The notes beneath the pieces are model-generated. The model did not search any database, was not told where the DNA came from, and worked only from the letters and a program-made list of their open reading frames with translations. A stretch of 61,128 nt of DNA, counting the filler, from Asterionella formosa (taxonomy: Eukaryota), in the NCBI GenBank assembly GCA_002256025.1. It is 15 parts of 15 records of this genome, joined end to end, with 100 filler letters (N's around TTAATTAATTAA, not from the genome) between each part and the next. Parts side by side here need not be neighbours in the genome. Positions count along the whole stretch, not along the records: positions 12,295 to 16,287 come from NKIB01013780.1; positions 16,388 to 20,381 come from NKIB01013781.1; positions 20,482 to 24,466 come from NKIB01013782.1; positions 24,567 to 28,549 come from NKIB01013783.1; 11 more parts are not named here. The stretch is one strand, 5' to 3'. Every line of letters starts with the position of its first letter. The stretch's first letter is position 1. Positions 12,537 through 25,835 of the stretch are shown here, one piece after another. The translations under genes were made by a program, and so were the position numbers.

Positions 12537-12910
12537 TGTTAATCTCTTCATACATAAATATACAGGTATGTTGATCAGACCGATCGAAATTCTGACGTGG
12601 TCACCTCGACAGAATTATTCTTCCCGATTTTCCTCGGAACTAAATATTGCATGGTTTATAACACTTTATAATCTTAGTTTGTGTTTTCTCCTTCTTTGAT
12701 CGTCGCTTCATACTCTTTGTATACCTCATGAGCCTCGTCAATCGTTAGCGTGTTTGTTGAGATCAGAACAGTTGTACCCTCTCCAAGAATACTGTCGCTC
12801 AAGTTTTCTCATCTATTTCTACAAAACATAGAAAACCTTATCTAGTCAAAGTTATCAAGAAGCTAATCATCGCGGACTCAAAAACTGTTGCTACTTTGGT
12901 CATATCTTCA
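12537..12910 (+). repeat. Putative 3' LTR of the Copia element, preceded by a polypurine tract
   Basis: PPT-like tgagggga at about 12526-12533, then TG at 12537. A CA at 12909-12910 coincides with the start of another repeat family. The right boundary is inferred. Confidence 0.55.
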
Positions 12911-13520
12911 AAACTGAGCAAATGACAACCAGAAACAACTTCCAGCGCCGATTTTAACTTTTTGTTGTCAATACTAGTGCAAAAAATTTTATTATTCAAC
13001 GATGATCTCGTCTATGCTAGTCTACATACACCTGCGAAATAGGAATTGCTCATTGTCAATATTCGTGAAGATATTCAACTTCATAATTTCGTCATGGTCA
13101 AGATGGAGTTGCTGTCCCATCGACCCCATACCACAGACAGCTGTACAAACACACATGCAAGTACTGGTAGTACATAACCAGTAGTATGTATGCCAAACAT
13201 ATATACCGGTAATTTGTAATGCTATATACGGAATGTACAAAGTATATACAAGGTCTGTTGCATTTATGATGTGTTCCATGTCGAAAACGTAAGTACATCT
13301 GATACATTATGCATCCGATTTCTTGACAAAATGTACAGTAGTACAAATATATTTTTATTTTCCGATTTTCAATATACTAGCTAAGTAAAAAGAGTCATTG
13401 AAAACTTAGTTAGGAAAATCTATCGTTGATAAAAATTATTATTGATTTGCTACAAATTTAGTCAAAAAAGTAATCCCGAGTTCCCCCGACTAACTCATTC
13501 GGACACTTTTATGCAAAAAG
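12911..13520. repeat. AT-rich dispersed repeat family (also about 37045-37810 and about 39410-39520)
   Basis: Shared blocks aaactgagc..., gtgcaaaa..ttatt.aacgat..ctcgtctatg and ttagttaggaaaat..tat..ttgat..aaattatt..gatttgcta. Confidence 0.7.
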
Positions 13521-14960
13521 TGTAATGGACCGTTCTTGATCCAGTGCAGTGAATCGGGTATCTAGTAAGAGAGTGGTAAGGGGGTGGTCTTCCAGAGAGG
13601 GAAGGGATTGGTAGGGAACTAAGGCTGTTGATTCTAATCTGGATGAAAGAGTCTCTACATCTAGATGTACCTGGGATTGTAGTAGAGCAAAGTTTGATGC
13701 AAGGTCACATAGAGTACTGGGTGGGACTGACTGAGTGGTAGACAATGTGGTGCTGGAGACAGAGGGAGGACCGTGCATCCTTGCTGGAATGTGATTGGAA
13801 GGATGGACTGCCGATTGCAAGGGGCGAGTGATTGGAGGGCGATGTCGAATCTGCGACCACCTTTGGTTGGTTGGGATAGTTTGCGTTGACTGGGTTTGGG
13901 TGGGTGGGCAGAGGGCATGGGGAGGGCATTGAGAGTGGGAGAGCCGAAAGGAGAGAAGTTAAGGAGAGTGTCAATCTTGGTTGTAGATGATGTGACAAGT
14001 TTGTCTAGAGTTAATAGGCTAGTGTGGAGACAAGGATGATAGCAGATATCCGCAGGTGGTGTGGTAGATGGATAGGTGAGAAGGAGAGTGGGAAAGAGAG
14101 TTTCCACTAGAGACTCAACAAAGCTGATGTTATTGAAGTGGGTGCAAAAGTAGAACAGGGAGGAGTCATGCAGACACATGTCAGTCTCAATACTGTGTAG
14201 CAGATAGTTCCGACTGGGGTGGGGATCTGGAAGACTGAGAAGTGCATTGCCCAAGGTATCCGAGGAGTTTGGAAAAGTATGCTCAAGGGATACTAGGCAA
14301 CTCACTCTGACCGTGGCTTCAGATGAATGAAATAGGTGTTGCTCCTGGAGTTTTGGGCGTAAGCTTGGTCCGTAAACCCTAGAAAGTTGGGGGAAAGAAA
14401 TAACATTGTTTTTTGGAAGGGATAGCAAGAAGGAAAAGAGTTTTGTTCATGGGGAGAAATTATTTCCTGGAGGAGATGGCGGACTTTGGCTTGGAAAGGC
14501 GGAGAGGAGACAATAACAATGGCTGAAGCAGAGACACTTAGATATATGCAGCTGGACCTTGAAGTTGCCGCCAGAGACAAAGAAAAGGGAATGCTTCACC
14601 AAGGACCTCAACCGATAGGGCAGTTAACTGACGAGACTGGAGAGCTGACCAGTTTACTTTGGATGAGGAATAAAGGAGCCACCCACAGTCCATAGGGAGA
14701 TTGCCACCGAATTGATCAACCCGGATTGTCCAGGTGGGATGAGATTGGGAGATGAGGGATACTAGAACCTGGGAGGCTTTGCAGGTGCAGACGTGGATAC
14801 GACCTTTGACAATGCGGTCGTCGAGGGAGCGGCCACCTCAAAGGAGATAGGAGAAGTTGTTCAACCGGATTAAATTCTGCAGTGTTTGGACAGAAGTGGG
14901 GGTGGGTTTGTCCATTGTGAGGTTGTTATCGGGTCTGCCAAAGACTGGACGTCTGCAAAT
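13510..14960 (-). pseudogene. Decayed ORF, possibly a non-LTR retrotransposon ORF1-like region
   Basis: A chain of frameshifted P/S/L-rich ORFs on a strongly pyrimidine-rich minus strand. No diagnostic motif was recognised. Confidence 0.25.
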
Positions 14961-15187
14961 AGAAAACATCTAATTCGTGTGATGCATCTTATAATGGCGA
15001 TCCCATGATCATATAAATTCGATTTATCATCTAATATGAATAATATTTATCCTCATGTAGAATATTGTATGTATATATATATTGATACATGTATTTTTGA
15101 ATGTATACCATCACTGGCTGCAAACATCAACAACCGCTCAATCTGAATTTGAATCATTCGTGTTGCATGAGGGTCGTTCTTATTTTA

Positions 15188-16032
15188 GGGTCGTTCTTAT
15201 CATTCCGAATTTGCTGTATCATTTCCGGGTTGTGGGCAAAAAATGACGGTTGGTATCAAAACACGGTATCAGCAACGGTAACTTGATGGTATCAATTTTG
15301 TATCATTGATACAAAATTGATACCTTTTTTTGCCCCCTCCAAAAACGGTATCAGTGATACTGACGTTTTCACGCGGGTATCATTTCCGTTGTCACTGATA
15401 AAATAACCGAAAATACGCCTGCAGGGCAGTACTTTTATTGACATCTATATAATATACACAAAAATTATTATGGTGTGCATCAAAGAAGCACAATACAATC
15501 ATTATAGCGGCCGTGTGTGGTAATGTTCAGCCACAACACCAAAGAACGAAAACCACTGAGTCGAGAATTGAACAGATTGAGTCATGTGCATAGAGACATA
15601 TCCGCTATCTAATTACAGGTACCTGGTCCGGGAATTCATGACAAGGTACTAGGCAATAGAATACGAAAATGATCACGTGACTACGACATATACTAGCTGT
15701 GCAAATACTTTGGTAGAATACGAAAATGATCACGTGACTACAACAAATACATGTGCAGATACAATTGACTATAGTAGTCCATATACATAATTCGCGTAGA
15801 TTTCTTGCATGGTTTGAGGACTGGTTTGGTATCATTATGTACCGGCAGTCAGGAAGGAAAAGCACATGTTTGTAGCCAGCCCGTAACCGTTGAATTTTCG
15901 TGATACTTTTTGGTGATACAATTTCAATTTTTTTGTGTGTGGAGAATGGATTTTTTCGGTTTAAATCAAGTAGCCGTTACATGATACTTTTTCAAAAAAA
16001 TGATACCAAATCGAAAATGATAAGAGCGACCC
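15188..16032. mobile_element. PIF/Harbinger (Tourist-like) MITE, 845 bp, nested in a second copy (15171..>16287)
   Basis: 17-bp TIRs GGGTCGTTCTTATCATT / AATGATAAGAGCGACCC with one mismatch. TTA on both sides (15185-15187, 16033-16035). 16033-16287 repeats 15197-15452. Confidence 0.85.
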
Positions 16033-16388
16033 TTATCATTCCGAATTTGCTGTATCATTTCCGGGTTGTGGGCAAAAAATGACGGTTGGTATCAAAACAC
16101 GGTATCAGCAACGGTAACTTGATGGTATCAATTTTGTATCATTGATACAAAATTGATACCTTTTTTGCCCCCTCCAAAAACGGTATCAGTGATACTGACG
16201 TTTTCACGCGGGTATCATTTCCGTTGTCACTGACAAGATAACCGAAAAAAAGCCTGCAGGGCAATACTTTTATGGACATCTATATAANNNNNNNNNNNNN
16301 NNNNNNNNNNNNNNNNNNNNNNNNNNNNNNNTTAATTAATTAANNNNNNNNNNNNNNNNNNNNNNNNNNNNNNNNNNNNNNNNNNNNC

Positions 16389-16693
16389 TTAGCGTGTATT
16401 CGTTCCTTGAAAAGTTCAACTGAAATGAAAATTCATAAACGTATGTTTTTTGCAAGAGGAGACACCTTATGCAATGATACAACTGAATTGAGCGTTGTTG
16501 AATTTCATAACATAATTTCGGCAGCATTTGTTGTTCCTGCTTTGAAACCACGGGAATCAAGCCAAGGAAATCTCTGAAACCGCAAGAAGTTTTGGAACAG
16601 ATACTATGGAAAGATAATTTTTATGTTGCCATGCCTCCACGTAATTTATGGAAATCAATCGGGTGGGACCAAAAACTAACAAGCGAACGTTGA
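16389..16693 (+). pseudogene. C-terminus of the Plavaka-like transposase (frameshifted)
   Basis: Translates to LSVVEFHNIISAAFVVP ... FYVAMPPRNLWKSIGW. Its 3' part matches the reverse complement of 25836-25985, which is contiguous with the transposase on contig 7. Confidence 0.6.
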
Positions 16694-16811
16694 TAAATAT
16701 ATAAGAATAAGATAAATGATAATGGTAACAATATAGTTTCGCATACTAAATTGGTTATTATGAGGTTTTCACAAACTACAATTTCCTAAGAAATGAATAT
16801 CCAATGATCCA

Positions 16812-19255
16812 TTATTTTTTCTTTTTCACTCCCAAAGAACCTAAGATGGTCCTTCTCGTTTCGTCCGAAATTTTGCTTCTCCAATTTTCAACTGCAGTTC
16901 GATATGAGTCTGTAAACTTTTTCAATTTGATTCCAGAAGGGCTATCATCAGATACAAAATTTTCTTTCAACTTTTTGTCAATTTTGATGAATCCAAAAAG
17001 TTTTGCCAAGAGGTGCATGATTATTCCATTTGAAGGGAGCAAGTTTGTCATTACTTTGTTGTATCATGGATTTTACGTAGACAAGCATCTTCATCCTTCT
17101 TGAAAGAAGAGTTGCAAGGAACTCGTCCAAATACTTCGTTCAACATTTTTAAATCTAAATAGGATGTCAAAATTTTTTCGATACAAAATTGAAGAACAGT
17201 TATTTCCAACTGAAACATATCCTCACGAGAATTTGTCGTTGTCACTTGAGGCCAAACTGTTCCAAGATGAAAGTATGCTAACTTGGTTGGTGGGTCAGAT
17301 GTAATGGATAAGAAATCGTCTGTTCGATCTGTTGCTACCACCTGACGTTTTAAAGCTTTCCAGGACTCAGTCTCCAAACGGAAATGTGCCCGTTTGCCAA
17401 GAAATTTGGTTCTTCCATTCCTTTCTAATTGCAATAGAGTTTCCAACACTTTCACAATTGTAAAAGGTCCACATGACCATCCACTGTCATCTTCTGGTTG
17501 AAATAACATGGAATCATGTTCAGTGGCCATACTGATCTGCAATGGTGCTTTGGTGCCAGTATAGAAAGATTCCGAGAACCCAATTTCTTCAGGTATATGG
17601 AATTCTTGTGGAAGATATCCTGTATCGGTGCATGACAATTCCAATTCTTTTCTGCATCCGGGGATGATGCAGTACTTGTACTTATGGGCAATGTGAAATA
17701 CTTGATCATAATGTTCATCCAAACTTGCATCTTTTCCTGGATCACGGACTTGACATAATCCATCAATTATAGCAAAAAGATAATGCACAAAATGATTGTT
17801 TTCCTCCTCATCTGATCTTTTGCAATACACAATTAGCACATAGTTACTTTCGTGATGAAGTGGATGACAATCACCTTGATATATATATATATATGGATTG
17901 TTATTACCCTTTTCTGGGTTCTCATAAAGATCAAATATAAAACTTACATCACTTGGATGAAGTTCATGAATTATAAAATGGATCATAGAGGTAATTGTTT
18001 CAAGGTCCCGATATGCAAGATCTTTAAAATCTGAAGATGATTTTTTGATAACTTTGACTCCATAAAATACAGAGGCGTAATTGCAAATATCTTGCGGGGT
18101 ACGAGTGTACAACTCTTTCCACAATTTTAGTTGTCCATGCGATTTCGGCAAACTTAAGGAAAATGCCGTTTGCTTTGGCATAAAAACTCTACACATTTCA
18201 CATGCCGACTCTTCACAAAAGTAGCTAGATGCCTTCTGGATTGTTTTCAATGATTTTACAAAGAAATTCTTTTTCTTCCATGTATGATTTGGAAAAAGAT
18301 TCAATTTTGTGCTTCAAACTTCGCTCCCGACTCAGTGCATCAACTGGGCTGCCTTATTCAGCATCACATCTCTGTCTGCATTGATCTTCTTGAAATCGAG
18401 GTCTTGATCTAGCTCGGACTTTGACTTCGTTCCCTAATCAGAGCATCAACTGCCTTAGCCAGCATCACATCTCTGTCTGCATTGATCTTCTTGAATTCGA
18501 GGTCTTGATCTAGCTCAGACTTTTTCTTGAATATCTTTTATTTTAGAAATGCAATAGTTTCTCTGCTTTTATGATGTTCATGTTGATGTTCTGGACGGAT
18601 AGTGAGATATGTTTCTTGGTTTTGCAACTTTTCAACCATTTCTACTTCTGAAGTGTTGTCTGCCACATTTCCGCCGAGACTTTCATTCATCGCATGAATT
18701 TGTTCATCAAATGAATGAGAATCACTGAGTTCTTCTTCATTATCAGCGATTTCGGGAGAATGAGGAGCAAAATACGACACTGGAAGGTGGAACTGTGACT
18801 CTGTACAAATAGAGGCTTCATACACGAAGACCAACTGTTTGGGTTTCCTTGTTCTTCGAAAGCAATCTTTCCTTCTTTTCAATCTCAGCCACTATTGTAT
18901 CGGCATACTTCATTATTTTTTCTGGAGTATTATGAATCTGTTCAAATTCATTTGATCTTTGAGTGTATTCAAAGGAATCTTCGATTGATTTCATAAGTTT
19001 CTTCATCTTCTTTTCCGAAAACATAAAGTCGTGTAGTGTAAACAATGGAAGTAAGTCGCTCACGTTTCTTGTTTGACTGATCCTTTCCATGAAATCCATG
19101 AAATGCCATTTGGAAGGTTGTCGAAGGGCCAGAAGACAATGATGTAAAACAGTGGAAGGGAAATGCGGAGCTTTTTGCGGCGCTTGTGGAGGTGCAGCTG
19201 GTGTGATGGTAACCGAGTGTAGTAATTGTTGAACAGAGCACAGTGTAATATGCAT
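16812..19255 (-). pseudogene. Transposon-borne gene with a coiled-coil N-terminus and a Ulp1/C48-like cysteine protease domain (frameshifted)
   Basis: ORFs 18818-19255, 18538-18882, 17051-18304 and 16812-17051 join into one protein by comparison with copy 30948-32617. Motifs NNHF (His 17792-17794), QVRDP (Asp 17741-17743) and QPEDDSGWSCG (Cys 17471-17473) are in clan CE His-Asp-Gln-Cys order. Confidence 0.65.
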
Positions 19256-20645
19256 GTTCCGCCAGCGTAGTGTTTACACAATAAACATGCTGGCACATAT
19301 ATTGCTAAAACAAGGAAAGACGACATGACAATGAACGTGTTGGCTGGTTGTTGAGGATACCGGTATGTGATATGCATCAATCCATATCACAAATCATATT
19401 ATAGTGATGTACATATCAACGCATCCGTACACTTAGATCCTATCCACTGTATAATACTATCATATTAACTGTTGACTTTAACTGTATATATTAAACGACA
19501 AACATATAAATTAATTAACATACTTTATGATTGCTTGATTTATATTCTATGATGTCTTGGTAACACTTGCGTACATATTTTATCGTATTTTATTGTCATT
19601 GTACTATTTTTACATGATCATATTTTGATCAAAATTATATCATATATATTTCATAAAATCATCATAATTTTAGGATCAATGTATCATAGCTATGTGATGT
19701 ACTTTATTCAATATTACGTATCATACTTTGGTGATGTATGTATCGATGTAACCTTATCATGATATCACAGTATCATCTTATCAATCATGATGAGATGATT
19801 GGGAAGCAACTGTATTCTGCATCGTGCTACTAGGGGGTATATAATTATATCACGCAATTTAGTAGCGAAGTCACTCCACCTGTAATGTACTAAAGTCGAC
19901 AGTGCACATACCGGGTACCGGTACTCAAACGCTAATCAGGTTTGAGGCAACGGACAGTGGTTCCAACGAGCGAATGATGATACGGTACCAATTTTTCCAA
20001 CGAAAGAACTTGTCTCTCTATTGATGAGGATGACACGGACACCGACTTTTCCAGGAGCAAACAACAATGAAGAGAGCCACTTGTCGCTCTATTGATGGTA
20101 ACAAAGATGCGGACAAGTTCAACAGTGAATACAAGAACAACATATCATTGAAAACAAGTCGACAGTGTGTGCACGCACACGCCAAGCAAGTTTGAGGCAA
20201 CGGACCATTCCAACAAGCAAATGATGATACAGATATCAAATTCTTCCTACGAGAAAACAACAATGAAAAGAGCCACTTGCTTTCGCTCTCTTGATGGTAT
20301 CAAAGATGCGGACAAGTTCAATAGTTAATTCAAGTACAGTATACCAAATGCAGAAACGAGCGAGCGATATGAAAATGAAATNNNNNNNNNNNNNNNNNNN
20401 NNNNNNNNNNNNNNNNNNNNNNNNNTTAATTAATTAANNNNNNNNNNNNNNNNNNNNNNNNNNNNNNNNNNNNNNNNNNNNTTGATTTCTATGACGAGTG
20501 AATGACATCATCAAATTGAAGAAGAACTACCCGTATGATAACTCAAAATTTATTTGGAAGAAAATCATCATATTATACTCTCACAAATTGCAGACTGTCG
20601 TGCGGTTTTGTAGGATACTGACATTCATCTTGAATCCTTTCTTCA

Positions 20646-23600
20646 ATGTTCCGTTGCTTTTACCCGATCACTGGTGGCCGAGTTGGTGAAATCGTCAGCC
20701 AAGAGTCGCCATGGTGCAGTGGCAAGAACAAGTCGTCCCTTCCTTTGTCGAAGAATGATAACAAATTTGAAAAGTTTTGCGAGACTTACAAGGGTTTCAT
20801 TGACGTAACCGACGCCCATGAAAAGTTCATTGGTCACTGGGAGTGTGATAAGAAACTGGAAGATGAAACTTTGAAGGACAAGCGACGCCTACTTCGTGCT
20901 TTAGTGAAGTCCTTCTATGGTGATCTCTTGAAAGCTTTCTTCTCAAAGCTGGTCTGGTCACTTCTTGTCATCTTTTCAATCTGGTTCTTCGTCTTCGAGA
21001 TTTTGGATTTCATTAAGAAGAAAGACAAAGGCGTCATTGACACACATGGAAAATACTACCAATATTGGCTCTGTGGTGGCTTTTTTGCCACAATGCTTAC
21101 TCTCTCAATTGGCATTCAGCAAATGGGAATCTACTCCAGTATCTTGGGCTCCAAGGTGAAGGCTGCTCTTACTACAACCATCTTCAAGAAGATGATTGTG
21201 CGGGAGGCATATGGTTCGGATGCCGATGTTGTGTCACTTGTTGCCAAGGATGTCGAAAAGCTTGCTGAAGCCTGCTTGAGTCTTCAGTATTTGTGGTCCG
21301 GTATTTTCGAGACAATTGCAGTCTTTGCCGTGGCAATGTTACTTATGGGCACTGCTATTCTTCCTGGTCTAGCATTGATGTGCGTGTTCCTTCCGCTTCA
21401 ATACTGGATGGGTTTGAAAGTGGCATACCAGAAGAAAACTCTGGCTAAGGTGTCCAAGCAGCGCATCTCATTGATGGAAGAAATCCTAAGGGGTATCAAG
21501 CTTGTCAAGATCTACGGATGGGAAGCTTCATTCTTCAATAATCTTAATGCTGTTCGAAAAGAAGAAGGGGATTTGTTGGGACGGATCAACATGATCAAGG
21601 CGACAATTATTGGATTGATATTCTGCTTGCCTCCGCTGATGTGCATGGTAATCTTTGGCACACAAGAGGCAACTGGAACGATTGAGCCTGTTTTGGTTTT
21701 CACTGTATTGTCGTTCTTCAATACCCTTCGTGTGCCTTTCTCCAAGCTCCCCAAGAGTCTTCGTGATGTGCTGGATGCGTCTTCGTGCCTGGAACGAATT
21801 CAGGACTTCTTGCTTGAGCCTGAACTGGTCATGGATGGAAATGAATCTCAACAGGACAATATGGATGGACAAGGAGGAGTGGTTATTCCTCCGTCAAGTC
21901 ATCAGGGGATCATGTTTCATAATGTGTCATTATCTTACGGACATGGAGCGAAGATAGTTTTGAGCGACATCAACCTTAACATCTCAAATGGATCGCTGAT
22001 GATGGTAGCAGGACCTGTGGCTTCTGGCAAATCAAATCTGCTCAAGTCGATTTTGTGTGATTTGACCATCCGCAAAGGCACTTGCCATGTGAGTCATTCA
22101 AAGGCATATGTGCCACAAACTCCTTGGACAGCTCTGGGAACAGTGCGAGAGAACATTCTATTTGGAAAACCATTTGATGATGCCTTTTACCGCAAGGTTC
22201 TGCATGCTTGTGCACTTGAACCAGACTTGAAGATCATGGCTGATGGTGATGAGACGTGGATTGGAGAACGTGGAGGCAACTTGTCAGGAGGACAGAAGCA
22301 ACGCATTGCTTTGGCACGGGCAGCCTACAGCCGTGCTGAGCTCTATGTGCTGGATTCGCCTTTGTCAGCGGTGGACATGTACACTTGCCAGCACATTTTC
22401 AAGTTCTGCATCCAAGAGCTGATGATTGGTGGTGGTGGCACTGTTGTATTGGCCACACACCAGACGGAATTGTTTTCAATGTCTGATCATTTGGTGGTGA
22501 TGGAGGGCGGTAAGATTGCATACAATGACAAGTACAGCTTCAGCGGTATCAAGCATTTGTTTCCAAACTTGAACGGAGATGCGGAGACAAATGAATCTGC
22601 ACACCCGAAAGAAAAGCCGAAGACGAAAAAGCCGACACAGACTCTACTGAAACCATCCCATGCAGTTGAGCCCGAAAAGTTGGCGTTGAAGCAGCCAAAT
22701 AAACCAGTAGCAGCAAAAGGAACTGAGAGCATCTACCTTTGGTACATCAACAGACTCAGCGTCAGGTTGTTCATTGCGGCTACATTTTTGTTCATCAGTG
22801 CCCAGATTCTTCGTGTATACAGTGACTACTGGGTATCTGTGTGGACCAAAAGGAAGTATGCAGCTGCAGGTTACAATAAGGACATTTTCTACACTGGTCT
22901 TTATGTGGTCCTGGTCAGCGTGTTCCTTTCCCTTTCATTCCTCCGTGCCTACTTTTGGTTTTATGTTGGCAAAGTTGGTGCCAACAAGATTCACGACTTA
23001 TCCTTTAGCACTGTTCTCAAGGCTCCGATGCACTTCTTCCATGTTACTCCCATTGGAAATTTGCTCGCATTCTTTTCCCACGATGTAGACACGATTGATG
23101 ATGTGTTGGTGGATAATTCATTGATGCTTCAAATTTTCGCTTGGATTCTTATTATTGCGTTGGGTTTGGTTACGTACAATTTGCCGATGTTCCTTGCAAT
23201 TGTTGCTGGATTAACTGTTGCATACGTGTACGTTGTACTTGTTTTTATTCGGACCTCTGTGCCATTGAAGAAGGCTGCAGGTCAGTCTTTGAGCCAGGTT
23301 GTTGCGCACACTTCAGAAACCCAGAGTGGGTTGGCTATTGTACGTGCCTTCCGCATGGAAGACCGCTTCCTCACTGAGAACCTCAAATTACAAGCCCGGT
23401 CAACAGTGGTAACTTTCTCCATTGCAAATCTTTCGCTTTGGCTTGCATTTCGAGTGGACATAATCGGTTCATTGTTGGTGTTGGCCTGCTGCCTGCTCGC
23501 CTTGTTGGACACTAGCATGGACGCATCCACTGCAGGCTTGATTGTGAGTAACTCTTTTCAGATTCTCTTGTTCTTCAGCATCATGTCCCGAACGATGGGT

Positions 23601-24466
23601 GAGGTCCACGATAACACAAATGCAGTGGAGGGAGCTCGCATGTTATCTAATCTGGAGGCTGAGCATGAGCCTGCTGAGGAGGTAGAGATGCCAGTCAAGT
23701 GGCCTTCTAAGGGCGAGATCAAGTTCGAAGACGTGGTTATGCCCTATTTGCCCTTCACGCCTCCTGTACTGAAGGGCATTAGTTTCTCTATCCGTGAAGG
23801 CGAGAAGATTGGCGTAGTTGGTCGTACTGGTGCGGGCAAGAGCTCGCTCATTGTGGCTTTGTACCGAATGGCAGAAATTTCCGAGGGCAAGATACATGTG
23901 GATTCTATCGACTGCTCATGCGTGAACCTGAACAGATTGCGCAGCAGCATGGCAATCATACCTCAGGAGCCAGTCATGTTTGGAGGCACATTGCGCAGTA
24001 ATCTTGACCCTTTCAGCAAGCATCAAGATGAGGAGATTTTGGATGTGCTACACAAGTGCTTGCTGGGCCCAATGGTGGATGCAAACGAAAAAGGACTTGA
24101 GGCTAAGGTGGATGTCTTGGGGTCCAACTTCTCACTGGGCACCCAGCAGCTGATCTGCTTGGCACGTGCTATGTTGAACCCATCTCGAATTCTGCTCCTG
24201 GACGAGGCAACTGCTGCTTTGGACTCTGACACAAATGTTGCTGTTCAGCATGTGTTGAAGGCCCACTTCTCAGACCGTACAATCTTCACAATTGCTCACC
24301 GCTTGGACACCATCATTGACAATGACCGCATCCTTGTCATGAATGCAGGAGTCGTGGCTGAGTTTGATCGACCTGATGTGCTGTTAGCGAAGCCAGATTC
24401 AATATTTTATGAGCTCTGCAAGAACACAGGCACTGCTCAGTTTGCAGTTCTTGCTGCAAAGGCAAG
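20646..24466 (+). CDS. ABC transporter, subfamily C (MRP-like), TMD-NBD-TMD-NBD; 3' end off contig, start uncertain
   Basis: NBD1: GPVASGKS, LSGGQKQRIALARA, LYVLDSPLSAVD. NBD2: GRTGAGKS, IIPQEP, FSLGTQQLICLARA, ILLLDEATA, IAHRL. Two hydrophobic TMD blocks. Confidence 0.95.
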
Positions 24467-24566
24467 NNNNNNNNNNNNNNNNNNNNNNNNNNNNNNNNNN
24501 NNNNNNNNNNTTAATTAATTAANNNNNNNNNNNNNNNNNNNNNNNNNNNNNNNNNNNNNNNNNNNN

Positions 24567-25726
24567 ATTATATAATTCATGAACTTCATCCAACTGGCTG
24601 ATGTGAAGGATATATTTGATCTGGATGAGAACCCAGAAAAGGGCTAAAAACAAACCATATATATACCAAGGTGATTGTCATCCACTTCATCATGACAGTA
24701 ACTATGTGCTAATTTTTTATTGCAAAAGATCAGATGAGGAGGAAAACAACCATTTTGTGCATTATTTTTGCTATAAATGATGGATTATGTCAAGTCCGTG
24801 ATCGAGGAAAAGATGCAAGTTTGGATGAACAAAATGATCAAGTATTTCACCTTGCCCGTAAGTACTGAATCATCCCTGGATGCACGAAACAATTGGAATT
24901 GTTATGCACCAAAACAGGATATCTTCCACAAGAATCCCATACACCTGAAGAAATTGGTTTATCGGAATCTCTCTATACTGGCACCAAAGCACCATTGCAG
25001 ATCATTATGGCCACTGAACATGATTCCATGTTATTTCAACCAGAAGATAATAGTGGATGGTCATGTGGAACATTTACAATTGTGAAAGTATTGGAAACTC
25101 TATTGCAACTAGAAAGGAATGGCAAAACCAAATTTCTTGGCAACCGGGCACAATTCCGTTTTGAGACGGAGTCCTGGAAAGTTTCAAAACGTCAGGTGGT
25201 AGCAACTGATCGAACAGACGATTTGTTATCTGTTACATCTGACCCACCAACCAAGTCAACATACTTTCATCTTGGAACAGTTTGGCCTCAAGTGACAACG
25301 ACAAACATTCGTGAGGATATGTTTCAGTTGGAAATTACTGTTCTTCAATTTTGTATCGACAAAACTTTGAGCTTCTCTTTAGATTTAAAAATGTTGAACG
25401 AAGTATTTGGACGACTTCCTTGCAATTCATCTTTCAAGAAGGATGATGTTGTCAACGTGAAATCCATGATACAACAAATGAATGAAAAAGTTGCTCCCTT
25501 CAAATGGTATAATCATGCACCTCTTGGCCAAATTTCTGGATGCATCAAAATTGACAAAATTTTATAAAAAATATTTTGTAACTGATGATATGATAGCCCT
25601 TCTGGAATCAAATTGAAAAAGTTTACAGACTCATATCGAACTGCAGTTGAAAAGTGGAGAAGAAAATTTTCGGACAAAACGAGAAGGACCATCTTAGGTT
25701 CTATGGGAGTGAAAAAGAACAAATAA
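24567..25726 (+). pseudogene. Second copy of the Ulp1-like gene (3' part, disrupted)
   Basis: Homologous to 16812-17975 in reverse. Retains QPEDNSGWSCG. Confidence 0.75.
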
Positions 25727-25835
25727 TGAACCATTGGGATCAGCCAATCTCATCATTCCTCAGGACATTTTAGTTTGTGACAATAGTATGTGAAATTATA
25801 TTATCACTATTATTTATATTATTCTCGTGTATTTA

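Noticed and set aside
22330..24140. Degenerate ABC motifs (Walker B LDS in NBD1, signature FSLGT in NBD2)
   Set aside because: One degenerate ATPase site is normal for ABCC proteins.
20482..24566. ABCC transporter as cargo of the Plavaka element, since it lies between element copies
   Set aside because: It is on its own contig between linkers, so the adjacency is artificial.
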